The notes under the pieces were generated by a model, which saw nothing but the letters and a program-made list of their open reading frames with translations, did not search any database and had not been told where the DNA came from. Made by a program: the position numbers and the translations under genes. A stretch of DNA of 64,000 bases from Planctomycetota bacterium (lineage in GTDB: Bacteria; Planctomycetota; PLA2; JAEUHO01), in NCBI GenBank assembly GCA_050248855.1, contig JBFWRP010000022.1:9897-73896 (forward strand). The letters are read 5' to 3'. Below are positions 29,092 through 38,797 of the stretch, one piece after another (positions within the stretch are counted from its first letter, which is position 1; each line of letters starts with the position of its first letter).

Positions 29092-31065
29092 GTGACGCAC
29101 ATCCTGCAGCGACCCCGACGACCTGGTGTGGTCATGGCGCTCCCCGTCGTCATCGTGGCTCACTACGTGGCGCACGTCGTGCATGTGCCGTGGGTCGCGC
29201 CAGCGACCCTCCTCTTCGGGCTGGCGTACTTCCTCTGGCCTCGGAGGCCCACGCTTCCGCCGTCAGACCTGGCGCAGCGTCCCCCAGGGCGCTGGACACT
29301 GATCGACGCTCTCCTCGCCGCGACCCTCGTGGCGCCGCTGGCCGTCAGCTGTGTTGTACAGACCGTGCTGGTGGCCGCGAGCGACGAGTCCGTGCGCTTC
29401 GCGTTCGTTGACGCACCGTACGACCTGATGATGGCGCGCGGCCTGGGACACGCGATGCCGCCACCGGACTTGAGCTGGAACGGCCAAGCCATCACGTACC
29501 ACTTCGGGGCGCCTTTGCTCCTGGACTTCCTGCATCGCGCCACGGGGCTCCCGCTCCATGCGGTCCAGGCTGGCGTACTCCCCGCTGTACTGAAGGCCTC
29601 CCTGCTCGCCGCGTGCGTGATGCTTGCCGCCAGGGCCCTGGCGGGCGGCGCGAGGCGTAGGGTGCTGCTCGGCTGCTTGGCGGGCCTGGGCCTCCTGCCC
29701 ATCGACGTCTACAACGCGGCCTGGCAGGCAAGAGCCCTGGCCCTCACCGGGCCGTCAAGTCTCCTGGGCGGGGCGATGTCGCCCATGGCCCTCTGGTCGG
29801 ACATGCCCCTCTTGGTCAACTACCAAGGGAGCACCCTGCTCGGCATCACGTGCTTGCTCGTGCTCGTCGCCCATCTCGGGCGCACTCGGTGGCCGTGGAT
29901 GGCCGTGTGCTTGGTTGCGGTGTACCTCGCCAAGCAGCAGCTCGCCCTCGCGGCGTTTCCCGCCATGGGTGTCACCTGCATCCTCACGCGCGATGGCCAC
30001 ATCCGACGCCAGCTCATCGCGGCATGCGCCACCGCCGCGCTTGCCGTACTCGTCTTCCGCGCGCTCGCCGTGACCCCGGAGCATGCCGCTGGACTCCACT
30101 TGGACCTTGCCGCCAACGACTACTTCGTGCGTCTGGGTCGTGGCACCGACCCGCTGCATGCGCGTCTTGTGGAGAACCTGCCGCTCGGTCTGATGGTCGT
30201 GGGCCTGGGCGCGGTGCTGGGCCTGCACATCTACCTCGTCGCAGCGGTCCGATTCCTGCGCCAGCGCTGGGGCGGCCTCGGCGCGTCCGGAAGGGCCGTG
30301 GTGTTCTTCGTGGCGACCGGTATGGCAGCTTCCATTGCCATCATGTGCGCCTTCCGGCTTCGCATGAGTCCACGTGTCAACGCCGCGTACGACGCCGTGC
30401 ACGGCCAGCTGGGTGGCGCGTTCTGGAAGTCGGGACCCGAGTACCGCGAAGACCTGATGAACGTCAGCCTGGCCGCCGTACTGCAAGGCTGGCCTCTCGC
30501 CGCCGCCGTTCTGCTCGGGGCTTGCCTCGTCTGGTACGCGGGTGCCGGGAAGGGGCGCGCGCGAACCATCGCGACGGCCCTGCTGGTGCTGTCCCCACTC
30601 GTGTACGCAGGGCGCGCCACGCTGGCATGGAGGCAAGACCCGCCGGCAACGTGGATGGAGGTCCCGGCGGATGTCGTGGCCGCGCTCCGGATCGTTCCGC
30701 CAGAGCTCGACCAGGTAGTCGACACGAACGACCTCGGCTACGGCGAAGGGCGGGGCTTCCCGCTGGTCAACAACTGGGCACCCCAGTTGTTCGGCCACCA
30801 GTTCCATGCCTCGAACTTCACCTTCGGCACACCCGCCTATCCGGACTATCTGGTCCGCTGGAATGCGCAGCAGAGGTTCTGGTCGGAAGAGGTTGGTGCA
30901 TGGCATGAGGAGCACGTCGTCCGCCAGGGCATCCGCTGGCTATTGGTCCGCCGCGACAGACCCTTCGCTCCTGGGCTTCTCGAGGTCGACTGGCTGAAGG
31001 CGCGCTACAGCGGATCCACGCACCTCTTGCTGGAGTGCGTCGTGCCTACGCGAGAGTCTCGGTAG
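29092..31065 (+). CDS. Polytopic membrane protein, possibly GT-C fold
   Basis: Many TM segments; first loop PPPDLSWNGQAITYHFG; C-terminal soluble domain ending GIRWLLV. Start uncertain (28978/29092/29134). Confidence 0.6.
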   Translation: MTHILQRPRRPGVVMALPVVIVAHYVAHVVHVPWVAPATLLFGLAYFLWPRRPTLPPSDLAQRPPGRWTLIDALLAATLVAPLAVSCVVQTVLVAASDESVRFAFVDAPYDLMMARGLGHAMPPPDLSWNGQAITYHFGAPLLLDFLHRATGLPLHAVQAGVLPAVLKASLLAACVMLAARALAGGARRRVLLGCLAGLGLLPIDVYNAAWQARALALTGPSSLLGGAMSPMALWSDMPLLVNYQGSTLLGITCLLVLVAHLGRTRWPWMAVCLVAVYLAKQQLALAAFPAMGVTCILTRDGHIRRQLIAACATAALAVLVFRALAVTPEHAAGLHLDLAANDYFVRLGRGTDPLHARLVENLPLGLMVVGLGAVLGLHIYLVAAVRFLRQRWGGLGASGRAVVFFVATGMAASIAIMCAFRLRMSPRVNAAYDAVHGQLGGAFWKSGPEYREDLMNVSLAAVLQGWPLAAAVLLGACLVWYAGAGKGRARTIATALLVLSPLVYAGRATLAWRQDPPATWMEVPADVVAALRIVPPELDQVVDTNDLGYGEGRGFPLVNNWAPQLFGHQFHASNFTFGTPAYPDYLVRWNAQQRFWSEEVGAWHEEHVVRQGIRWLLVRRDRPFAPGLLEVDWLKARYSGSTHLLLECVVPTRESR

Positions 31066-31293
31066 TCACGGGCAAACGACCTCCACGGTCCGCGCGGCGC
31101 GGCACGCTGGGGAAGACCCTTCCACCTGCCTGCCATGCGACCCCCGATGCTTCACGTCCCATGCCGCGGCGTCGTGAAGCGGCGACATGGGCAAGGGGTG
31201 TGCAAGGGAGGGTGTCTGGACTCCGGGCTCGGAGAGCGCGGCGACTTTTCCATGGGAGGGGGTGCCGCAGGCATCGAGACGCGGGCGAAGCCC

Positions 31294-31404
31294 GTACGGA
31301 CGCGGGGAACTCTTCCGCAACTTGCCGATGGGCACTTCCGCATGCCAAGGAGCAAGGCGGCAAGTTGCGGAAGAAATCCCCGCCTCCCATCGGCATGACG
31401 AACC
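31294..31404. repeat. REPIN-like palindromic element, type B, copy 1
   Basis: Arms 31298-31327 / 31358-31387 (27/30 complementary); near-identical in reverse orientation to 56115-56238; between convergent genes. Confidence 0.85.
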
Positions 31405-31464
31405 GACACCGTGCCACCGTCGCTTCGCTCCGGGGCACGGGTTCAGACGCCTCCGCGCGCCTCG

Positions 31465-33189
31465 CTAGCGGGGCAGCATCGCAGCCAATGCGGTGACGGC
31501 TTCGTCGATCTCGGCGAGAGCGCGCTCGGCCGCGTCGCGGCCGCCGCCGTAGGGGTCGGCAATCTCGGGCCGGCCCCCCGGACGGAACAAGCCCAGGAAG
31601 TGCGTGCGTGCCCACACCTCGCGCGAGGCCTGCCGGATCCGCCGCGCTTGGTCGCGGTCCATCACGAGCACGAGATCGGCCGCCTCCAGGTCCTCGTAGC
31701 GCACGACCTTCGAGCGGTGGTCGGCCAGGTCCAACCCGCGCTTCGCCGCGGCCTCGATGATCTCCCGAGGCGAGCTTCGCCCCTCCCGCTCGTGGAACCC
31801 GGCACCCTCCACCGTCAGTTCCGGGCGCAGCTCCTGCAGCCGGCGCGCCGCATGGGGGCTGCGGCAGATGTTGCCGTAGCAGAGCACCAGCACGCGGTTC
31901 ACGGGCCGCAGCAGCCGGGGAGGCTTCGTCCACGTGCCTTCGTGGCGCCGCTCCATGCGCAAGGCCCACAGGCGACGTCCCGCCGCGTCGGCTAGCGATC
32001 GACCCACGCCTCCCAGCGCTTCCACGACCTGGTGACGAACGGGACGCGGGTCCTTGCACGACGCGTGATCCAGGTGTTGGCGCGGGCCGCAGAGGCCCAC
32101 GAGCTCCACCACCGACCGCACGCGCGGACGCGTCATCAGCAACGGGTCCCCGTGGTCGGCACGTAGGTTGGCCTTCTGCCACTCGACTTCCTCGGGCAGG
32201 CTCCGCGTCCCGCAGGGGACGCGATAGGCCGGCGAGGGACCGACCTCACGACCCGTTGCGAGCAGCGCAAGCCCCAGCGGGAAGTCGACGCCCGCATCGA
32301 TCGCCAGGGCCAGCGAGCCCCAGAGCCGCGGGTTGACCTCCATCAAGCAGAAGCTGCCGTCCGGTGCCCGCTTGAACTCCACCATCGCCACGCCGTGCCA
32401 AGCGAGCGGGTCCAGCAGCGCACGGGACGCCGCGAGCAGGTCCTCGGGCACGGCCAGGCTCGTGCGCCACGCACTGCCGCCCCCCGTGAGCGGTAGCTCG
32501 TGCTGGCGCTCGTGGGCGAAGACCCAACGGAGCTGCCCGCGCTCGTAGAGCACCTCGACCCCCACGCCAACGCCCGTCACGTAGGTCTGCTCCTGGACCT
32601 CCACCAGCCCTGCGAAGTCGGCGAGGGCCTCGCGCCATGCCGCCTCGTCGCGCACGATCACGGGCGCCAACGCCCGGACCTTCCCCCCGACGACGACCTT
32701 GCTGCGCGTGGGCTTGAGCACGACGGGCCACGCAGCGGGCAGCTCGGATGCGCCCGCGGTGACGCTGCGCGTCGCCGGCACCGGAACGCCGACGCGCTCC
32801 GCCTGCAAGCGCGTGCGCTCCTTGTCGAGGAACGTGTCCAGCGCTTCGTCGCCGGGCAGCACGGCGCGTGCACGCGCCGGATGCTCCGCAGGCAGCGCGC
32901 GGAGCGCGAGCAGCGACGTCTCGGTCGCCGGCACCACGAGCGCCGGGATCCAGGCCGCGACCTGCGCTTCGAGGAATCGCGCCAGCTCCGGGCCTGAGGA
33001 CGGCTGGAGCACCCGCTCCACCGCCCAGCGCGAGCGGAAGGCCGGCGCGTCCCGTGCCGCCGCCGCCACGCGGACGCGCGCGCCTCGACGTCCCAAGCTC
33101 TGCACCGTCTCGAGGGCCGCCCGGCTGTGGCCATCGAGCACGAGGACGCGCAGTCCTTCGAGGAACGTGCGCTCCCGCTGCCGCCGCAT
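31465..33189 (-). CDS. Fusion: ATP-grasp (carboxylate-amine ligase-like) + low-molecular-weight protein tyrosine phosphatase
   Basis: N-terminal VLKP, QEQTYVTG, GVAMVEFK, LMEVNPRLWGS, GVDFP; C-terminal CYGNICRS (CX5R), LVMD, IADPYGG; one continuous frame. GGAGGT RBS before ATG 33189 (alternative 33204). Confidence 0.88.
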   Translation of the reverse strand: MRRQRERTFLEGLRVLVLDGHSRAALETVQSLGRRGARVRVAAAARDAPAFRSRWAVERVLQPSSGPELARFLEAQVAAWIPALVVPATETSLLALRALPAEHPARARAVLPGDEALDTFLDKERTRLQAERVGVPVPATRSVTAGASELPAAWPVVLKPTRSKVVVGGKVRALAPVIVRDEAAWREALADFAGLVEVQEQTYVTGVGVGVEVLYERGQLRWVFAHERQHELPLTGGGSAWRTSLAVPEDLLAASRALLDPLAWHGVAMVEFKRAPDGSFCLMEVNPRLWGSLALAIDAGVDFPLGLALLATGREVGPSPAYRVPCGTRSLPEEVEWQKANLRADHGDPLLMTRPRVRSVVELVGLCGPRQHLDHASCKDPRPVRHQVVEALGGVGRSLADAAGRRLWALRMERRHEGTWTKPPRLLRPVNRVLVLCYGNICRSPHAARRLQELRPELTVEGAGFHEREGRSSPREIIEAAAKRGLDLADHRSKVVRYEDLEAADLVLVMDRDQARRIRQASREVWARTHFLGLFRPGGRPEIADPYGGGRDAAERALAEIDEAVTALAAMLPR

Positions 33190-33413
33190 CGGCACCTCCG
33201 ACATGCATGAAGTAGCACGAAGGCGCCGCGGTGCGCATCGTGGCACCGCCGGGTGCACCGGGAGTCCGCGCCAAGGGCTCCTGGAGTCGTCGCGCGCCCG
33301 GCCCAGCCGTCCAGCCCGCACGCGGCAGGACCGCCGGTGCGCTCCCAGGCAGCGCGGCGATCCACCACGGCACCTGTAGACTCCACGGCGCCATCCCGGT
33401 CGCAAGGACACGC

Positions 33414-34343
33414 ATGCGCGGCACCCGTTCACTCGCTCTCATCGGCTTGGCGCTGCGCCCCGTGCTTCCCGGGCCCTGGCGTCGTCGCGTCGCGAGCTGG
33501 GCCGTCCGGCGCGTTCCGGAGCTCTCGCCGCTTGCGTTCCCCCAGCCGTCCGACGACCCCGTCCAATCGGCCGCACGGCGCGATCGCGGGGCCATCCACC
33601 TGCTCCGATCCCTGCAGCACCCCACCTCGCGAAGCCCGGGGCCCAGCGAGGAGCTGCTGGGCTTCGTCCTGGGCGAGCTGACCCGCGGACGCCAGCGTCC
33701 GGGTAGCCAGCTCCTCCAGGACCTCTGGGTGCTCTACGAGCTCCGGGGCAAGGAGCGCGGCTTCTTCGTGGAGTTCGGCGCGTGTGATGGCGTTGCCCTC
33801 AGCAACACGCTCTACCTGGAACGGGAGTACGGCTGGACGGGACTGCTGGCCGAGCCCAACCCGCGGTATCACGAGGCCATGAAGGCCAACCGGCGCGCTC
33901 GCTTCGAGTCGCGATGCGTTTGGGACGAGTCCGGCCAGACCGTCAAGCTGGTGGACTGCGGCGAGCTCAGTACCGTCGAGGGATGCGGGACGGCGGACGG
34001 CCATGCCCAGGCTCGCGAGTCCGCGGCCCGCATCGAGCAGATCGAAACCGTCGGGATCAACGACATGTTGCGTCACCACGGCGTGCCGCCGGCCTTCGAC
34101 TTCCTCAGCATCGACACCGAAGGCAGCGAACCCCGGATCTTGGCAGCGCTTGACTTCGACACCTATCGCCCGACGTGCATCGCGGTCGAGCACAACCACA
34201 CCGGCACGGAGAAGGAGATCGACGCAATCCTCACACGGGCGGGCTACCGGCGCGTGTTCGCCTCCGTCTCCCAGTGGGATGCCTGGTACGTGCGTCCACC
34301 CGGGCGATCGTGCGAGTCGACGTCGAGCGGGCCGAGCACGTGA
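33414..34343 (+). CDS. FkbM-family methyltransferase
   Basis: SQLLQDLWV, FVEFGACDG..SNT, EPNP, SIDTEGSE, VEHN. Confidence 0.88.
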   Translation: MRGTRSLALIGLALRPVLPGPWRRRVASWAVRRVPELSPLAFPQPSDDPVQSAARRDRGAIHLLRSLQHPTSRSPGPSEELLGFVLGELTRGRQRPGSQLLQDLWVLYELRGKERGFFVEFGACDGVALSNTLYLEREYGWTGLLAEPNPRYHEAMKANRRARFESRCVWDESGQTVKLVDCGELSTVEGCGTADGHAQARESAARIEQIETVGINDMLRHHGVPPAFDFLSIDTEGSEPRILAALDFDTYRPTCIAVEHNHTGTEKEIDAILTRAGYRRVFASVSQWDAWYVRPPGRSCESTSSGPST

Positions 34344-34449
34344 TGCCCGTGCGAGCCGGGACCGGGAACCGCATCCAATGCCAGGCCCTCCCCGCGGTCT
34401 GCCTTCGTCACCGCAGCGGGATGAAGCGGCCGCGAGGCCTTGCACGGCC

Positions 34450-35373
34450 ATGAGGCCCCCCAAGCGACCCGATCTGTTCGTCGGGATGACGACGTGGCAG
34501 AGCGAGCTCATGCTGCCCACCGCCCTCTCGGCGCTCCGCCGGCACACGGACGGCGCCACCACGCGCCTGGTCGTGATCGACAACATGTCGACCGATGCTT
34601 CCTGCACCATTGCCCGTGACCATGGCGCCGAGGTGATCCGCATGCGCTGCGGTCAGGCGGAAGCGCTGGAGCGGCTCGTCAACCTGAGCCGTGGGAAGTA
34701 CACGCTTCTCCTGCATGCCGACGTCGTGCTGCTGGCCCCTGACTGGCTGGAGACCTGCACGGCCAAGCTGGCCGACGGAACCGTCCTCGTCTCGCCCCAG
34801 GACATCGGCTGCGGACCCTGGACACGGCCCTACGGACGAGGCAAACCCGAGAGCTCCTTCATGCTGTGGGACACCGCGGCCATGAGGCGACTCCGCCGCT
34901 GGAGCCGGACACGTTGGCACCGACTGCCTGCTCCCACCCTGCGCCTGCGCTTCGACGGTGCGCACATCACGCATCACCTGCCCGGCGTGCTCCAGGAGGC
35001 TGGCCTCTCGTGGGCTCCCATGGAGGTTCTCTGCTCCGAACCGCTGCAGCAACCGTGGTTCGACCCCGGGAACCTTCCCTGCCTATGGAGTCCGTCCATG
35101 GGGAAGCTGCGCTACGGGCTCGGCAACTTCTACCGCCTCGACGGACGGGTCACCCACTACCACAACTGGTTCGACCGTATCGAACGGCATGGTGGGAAGA
35201 GTCGCGGGGGAACCACCACGGGCGATGGATCCGGCGTGCCGATCGACTACATCGCAGCCGCGACGCAGCGGTTCCTGGAGGACTGGCGGGCGGACCGCGT
35301 ACACCTCCCTCCTGCCGCGGCCCGCGAGCAAGCTCCCGCGGAGCTGACGGCCAACGTGTCGGCCGCCCCGTGA
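34450..35373 (+). CDS. Glycosyltransferase family 2-like
   Basis: VIDNMSTDAS, LLLHADVVL; glycan-locus context. Confidence 0.7.
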   Translation: MRPPKRPDLFVGMTTWQSELMLPTALSALRRHTDGATTRLVVIDNMSTDASCTIARDHGAEVIRMRCGQAEALERLVNLSRGKYTLLLHADVVLLAPDWLETCTAKLADGTVLVSPQDIGCGPWTRPYGRGKPESSFMLWDTAAMRRLRRWSRTRWHRLPAPTLRLRFDGAHITHHLPGVLQEAGLSWAPMEVLCSEPLQQPWFDPGNLPCLWSPSMGKLRYGLGNFYRLDGRVTHYHNWFDRIERHGGKSRGGTTTGDGSGVPIDYIAAATQRFLEDWRADRVHLPPAAAREQAPAELTANVSAAP

Positions 35374-35522
35374 CGCACGCGGCCGGCGCCTACGAGCGGG
35401 CCGCGAGCAGCATCCAACCAAGGGCATGGGCCTCGGGCGCCGTCGTGGGAGGCGGGCGATGGCCTCCTACGGTGCCGAGCCTCGACGTCCCCCCGCTATG
35501 CTCCGGCGCGGAGGGTTGACGC

Positions 35523-36482
35523 ATGCCCGCACACCCGGTCAAGGACACCCGACGAGGACGCCGCGTCCTGATCACGGGCGGCGCCGGCTTCATCGGCAGC
35601 CACATTGCCGCCGACCACGTGGCCGCCGGCGACGAGGTGACGATCCTCGACGATCTCTCCACGGGCCGGCGCGAGAACGTACCGGCCGGCGCCCGGCTCG
35701 TGGTCGCCGACCTGGGGGACCGGGACACCGTGCGGGCCCTCGTCGCCGAGGTCCGCCCGCAGGTCGCAAGCCACCAGGCCGCCCAGGCCAGCGTGTCGGT
35801 CAGCGTCCGCGAGCCGGTCCGCGACGCCGAGATCAACGTGATCGGCGGCCTCAACCTGCTCCAGGCCTGCGGCGACGTCGGCGGCGTCGAGGTGCTCCTG
35901 TTCGCCAGCACGGGCGGTGCCATCTACGGCGAGGTCCCCGAGGGCAAGCTCGCCCGCGTCGGCGACGAGCGCCACCCCGACAGCCCCTACGCCGTGCACA
36001 AGGCCGCCTTCGAGGACCTGCTACGCATCCTGGGGCCCGATGCCGTCGCTCGCGTGGTGATCCTGCGCTACGCCAACGTCTACGGTCCACGCCAGCGCGG
36101 GGACGGCGAGGCCGGGGTCGTGGCGATCTTCCGGGACGCGCTGGTCGCCGGACGACCCCTGAAGCTGTTCGGCGGCGCGGCACCAGGGGATGGCGGCTGC
36201 ATCCGCGACTACCTGCACGTGGACGACGTGGTGCGGGCCCATGCCCAAGCGGTGGCCGAAGCCGACCATCCCCCGCTCGTGAACGTCTCCACGGGCGTGG
36301 GGACCACGACGGCCGCCTTGCTCGAGCGCATCACCACGTGCCTGGGCATCGAGACGACCGTGGAGCACGCCCCGCCACGCGCGGGCGACTTGGAGCGCAG
36401 CGTGCTGGCGCCCGGGCCCGGCTTCGCGCCCCGCATCGCTCTCGCCGACGGGCTCGCACGGACGCTCGCCGCGGGCCCCTAG
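35523..36482 (+). CDS. NAD-dependent epimerase/dehydratase (UDP-glucose 4-epimerase-like)
   Basis: TGGAGFIGSH, STGGAIYG, SPYAVHK (YxxxK), NVYGPRQ, RDYLHV. Confidence 0.9.
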   Translation: MPAHPVKDTRRGRRVLITGGAGFIGSHIAADHVAAGDEVTILDDLSTGRRENVPAGARLVVADLGDRDTVRALVAEVRPQVASHQAAQASVSVSVREPVRDAEINVIGGLNLLQACGDVGGVEVLLFASTGGAIYGEVPEGKLARVGDERHPDSPYAVHKAAFEDLLRILGPDAVARVVILRYANVYGPRQRGDGEAGVVAIFRDALVAGRPLKLFGGAAPGDGGCIRDYLHVDDVVRAHAQAVAEADHPPLVNVSTGVGTTTAALLERITTCLGIETTVEHAPPRAGDLERSVLAPGPGFAPRIALADGLARTLAAGP

Positions 36483-36494
36483 CGCGGGGCGCCC

Positions 36495-37436
36495 TCAGGG
36501 CCGATGCAGACGCCACGTCGTCTCGGCCAGCGAGTCCACCGCCCCGATCCGGGGCAGCCCCAGCGGGTCTTCACCGGGCTGGATCACCCCGGGCTCGGTC
36601 GTGACGGCCAGCTCGTGGTGGCGGCCCACGACGGCCCGGACGCGGCTGTCCGCACTGCCGTTGGGGTAGCAGAAGTGAGGCACGGGCCGTTCGAGCAGCC
36701 GCTCCAGCTCCCGCCGCGCGCCCCCCACCTCGGCCTCGATCTCCCTGGGCTCGAGCAGGGGCAAGATGGGGTGCCGGCGCGTGTGGCTGCCGATGTCGAT
36801 GCCGGCTTGGGCGAGCTTGCGCAGGTCGTCGAGGCTCATCATGTCGTGGGCCGCCCGCTCGTCGTCCGTGGGCTCGAAGGAGCGCGTGGCTCGCCTGAGC
36901 GCCTCCTCGCAGCGCTTTCGCCAGGGAAGCTCGGCGGCCTTGAGGCAGGCCACGGCCACCTCCACGTCGCGCCCGGCGCCCGCGGGGAAATCCACGGACG
37001 CCGCCCACCTCGTCCGGCCCGCCTCGTCCAGGCGCCCAAGCCGCGCCCGGGCCTCGTGGTTCCAGAGCCAACGCCCTTCCACGATCAGGTCCGGGCACAC
37101 GAAGAACGTGGCCGGGACCTCCGCGGCCAACAGCGCGGGCGCGGCCAGCGTCGCGTTGTTCAAGAGCCCGTCGTCGAAGGTGAGCGCGACCTCCCGACCG
37201 GTGATGCGGTCGGGCTCGGCCAAGCGCCGCCCCACCTCGGCCAGCGACACCGGCTCGGCGTGGCGCGTGACGAACGTCAACAGATCGCGCAACGATGCGA
37301 CGGGCAGTCCCCCGGTCCCGACGCCGTGCAGCATCAGCACGCGCATTGCGCGCGTACGAAACGCCTGCCGGCGCGACCATCCCGTGAGGCGGGCCAGGCC
37401 GTGGACGAGCGCCGAAAGCGGCGATCGCGCGCTCAC
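36495..37436 (-). CDS. Polysaccharide deacetylase (CE4/NodB-like)
   Basis: LMLHGV, LTFDDG, IGSHTRRHP, FCYPNG; GTG 37436 overlaps upstream stop. Confidence 0.88.
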   Translation of the reverse strand: MSARSPLSALVHGLARLTGWSRRQAFRTRAMRVLMLHGVGTGGLPVASLRDLLTFVTRHAEPVSLAEVGRRLAEPDRITGREVALTFDDGLLNNATLAAPALLAAEVPATFFVCPDLIVEGRWLWNHEARARLGRLDEAGRTRWAASVDFPAGAGRDVEVAVACLKAAELPWRKRCEEALRRATRSFEPTDDERAAHDMMSLDDLRKLAQAGIDIGSHTRRHPILPLLEPREIEAEVGGARRELERLLERPVPHFCYPNGSADSRVRAVVGRHHELAVTTEPGVIQPGEDPLGLPRIGAVDSLAETTWRLHRP

Positions 37437-38281
37437 GCGCCCGCGTCGGCCTTGGCCTTGCGGCGGCGCTGACGCACCTCCTCGGGCACGGTGCCGAACA
37501 CGTAGTCCCACAGCGGGCTGCTGACGCCGTACATGGCTTCCCACGCCTTGTGGTGATGGGCCAGGTGCCACGTCTTCAGGAACTTGCCCCACCGCGACTT
37601 GGGCCGCCCGTGGTGGGTGTAGTAGTGCGTCATGTCGTAGGTGATGTAGCCCATCACGAAGCCCACGAAGCCGGCCACGACACTGGCCACGGGCAGCACG
37701 AGGCTCCACAGCCCAAAGATCGCCCCCATGATCAGGATGCCGCCCACGGGGGGGAACACGAGGCGCGTGCGGTCCCACGGGTCCAGGTGATGCACCCCGT
37801 GCAGGACGAAGTGGAGCTTTCGGCCCCAGCCGCTCTTGGGGATCAGGTGGAACACGAAGCGGTGTAGCAGGTACTCCGTGAGCGTCCACACGACGACACC
37901 GCCCAGCACGTGCAGCGCGAACGCGAGCCCGCCCATGCCCAACGGCCCCAGCGCCAGCCACGCCAGCCCCAAGGTGATCGGCACCCACACCACCAGGATC
38001 AGCCACCAGGGGATGTGGCTCATGTGCTCGAGCCAAGCGGTCTGGAACATCCGAAGGCTCGCCGGCCAGCGATGCGCGAAGCCGACGTCCTTCGGGCTGC
38101 CGCCCACGTGCGGGCTCACCTGCGCGGCGCGCTGGGGGCTGATCGGGTGATGGACCCAGGCGTCGTAGGCCTCGCCCAGGGGCCCCATCTGGGGCACGAG
38201 GGGCAGACGCAGGTCCACGCCGTCCTTCCAGTCGACGGCGGCGTGGGCCGAGGCGGGCGCTTCGGGGGACGTCGTGCTCAT
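37433..38281 (-). CDS. Fatty acid hydroxylase superfamily protein (FA2H/Scs7/FAH-like)
   Basis: His boxes HRFVFH, HGVHH, HYYTHH, HLAHH; RLVFPP; YGVSSPLWDYVFGT. Confidence 0.9.
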   Translation of the reverse strand: MSTTSPEAPASAHAAVDWKDGVDLRLPLVPQMGPLGEAYDAWVHHPISPQRAAQVSPHVGGSPKDVGFAHRWPASLRMFQTAWLEHMSHIPWWLILVVWVPITLGLAWLALGPLGMGGLAFALHVLGGVVVWTLTEYLLHRFVFHLIPKSGWGRKLHFVLHGVHHLDPWDRTRLVFPPVGGILIMGAIFGLWSLVLPVASVVAGFVGFVMGYITYDMTHYYTHHGRPKSRWGKFLKTWHLAHHHKAWEAMYGVSSPLWDYVFGTVPEEVRQRRRKAKADAGA

Positions 38282-38359
38282 CGCGTGCGGGGCCAAGTCT
38301 ACGCCCCGGGCCCCGACCCGGACCCTGGGGCCGGGAGGCCCGCGGGCTATCGTCGGGGG

Positions 38360-38797
38360 GTGCCGCGCCGCGTCCTCGTCCTGGCCTTGGTCCTCGTGAC
38401 CCTGCTGCTCGCAGGGGGCTGCCGCACGATGAAGCGCACGCTCACGATCGACAGCGTCCCCTCGGGCGCCACGATTTGGGTCAACGGCCAGAAGCAGGCC
38501 TCTCCGACCCCCGTGACCATCGACTTCACGTGGTACGGCTGGTGGGAGGTGCGCCTCGAGAAGGAGGGCTACCAAAGCCTCTCGACCGAGGTCCACGTGA
38601 AGAGCCGCCCGGACGGCTACCCGCTGATCGACCTGCCCTTGGAGCGCATCACGCCCGACTACCACGTGCGCCGCACGCTGCGCTTGGTGCCCCTGGACCC
38701 CGATCCTCAGGAGGCCGACCTCCAAGCCGTCCGGGAGCGCGCCGAGGCCCTTCGCGACCGCGCCGGGGCCCCCCGGGTGCCGGGATCCACCCGGTGA
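38360..38797 (+). CDS. PEGA-domain lipoprotein
   Basis: Lipobox LAGGC; LTIDSVPSGATIWVNG, TPVT, VRLEKEGY. Confidence 0.85.
   Translation: MPRRVLVLALVLVTLLLAGGCRTMKRTLTIDSVPSGATIWVNGQKQASPTPVTIDFTWYGWWEVRLEKEGYQSLSTEVHVKSRPDGYPLIDLPLERITPDYHVRRTLRLVPLDPDPQEADLQAVRERAEALRDRAGAPRVPGSTR

Noticed and set aside
31294..31404. Palindromic repeats as a CRISPR array or terminators
   Set aside because: Arms are inverted and dispersed, with no direct-repeat/spacer series, no cas genes and no poly-T tails.
31465..31902. LMW-PTP as the arginine phosphatase partner of McsB
   Set aside because: The P-loop has Ile (NICRS) rather than YwlE-type Thr, and Wzc is a more likely substrate. Not experimentally excluded.
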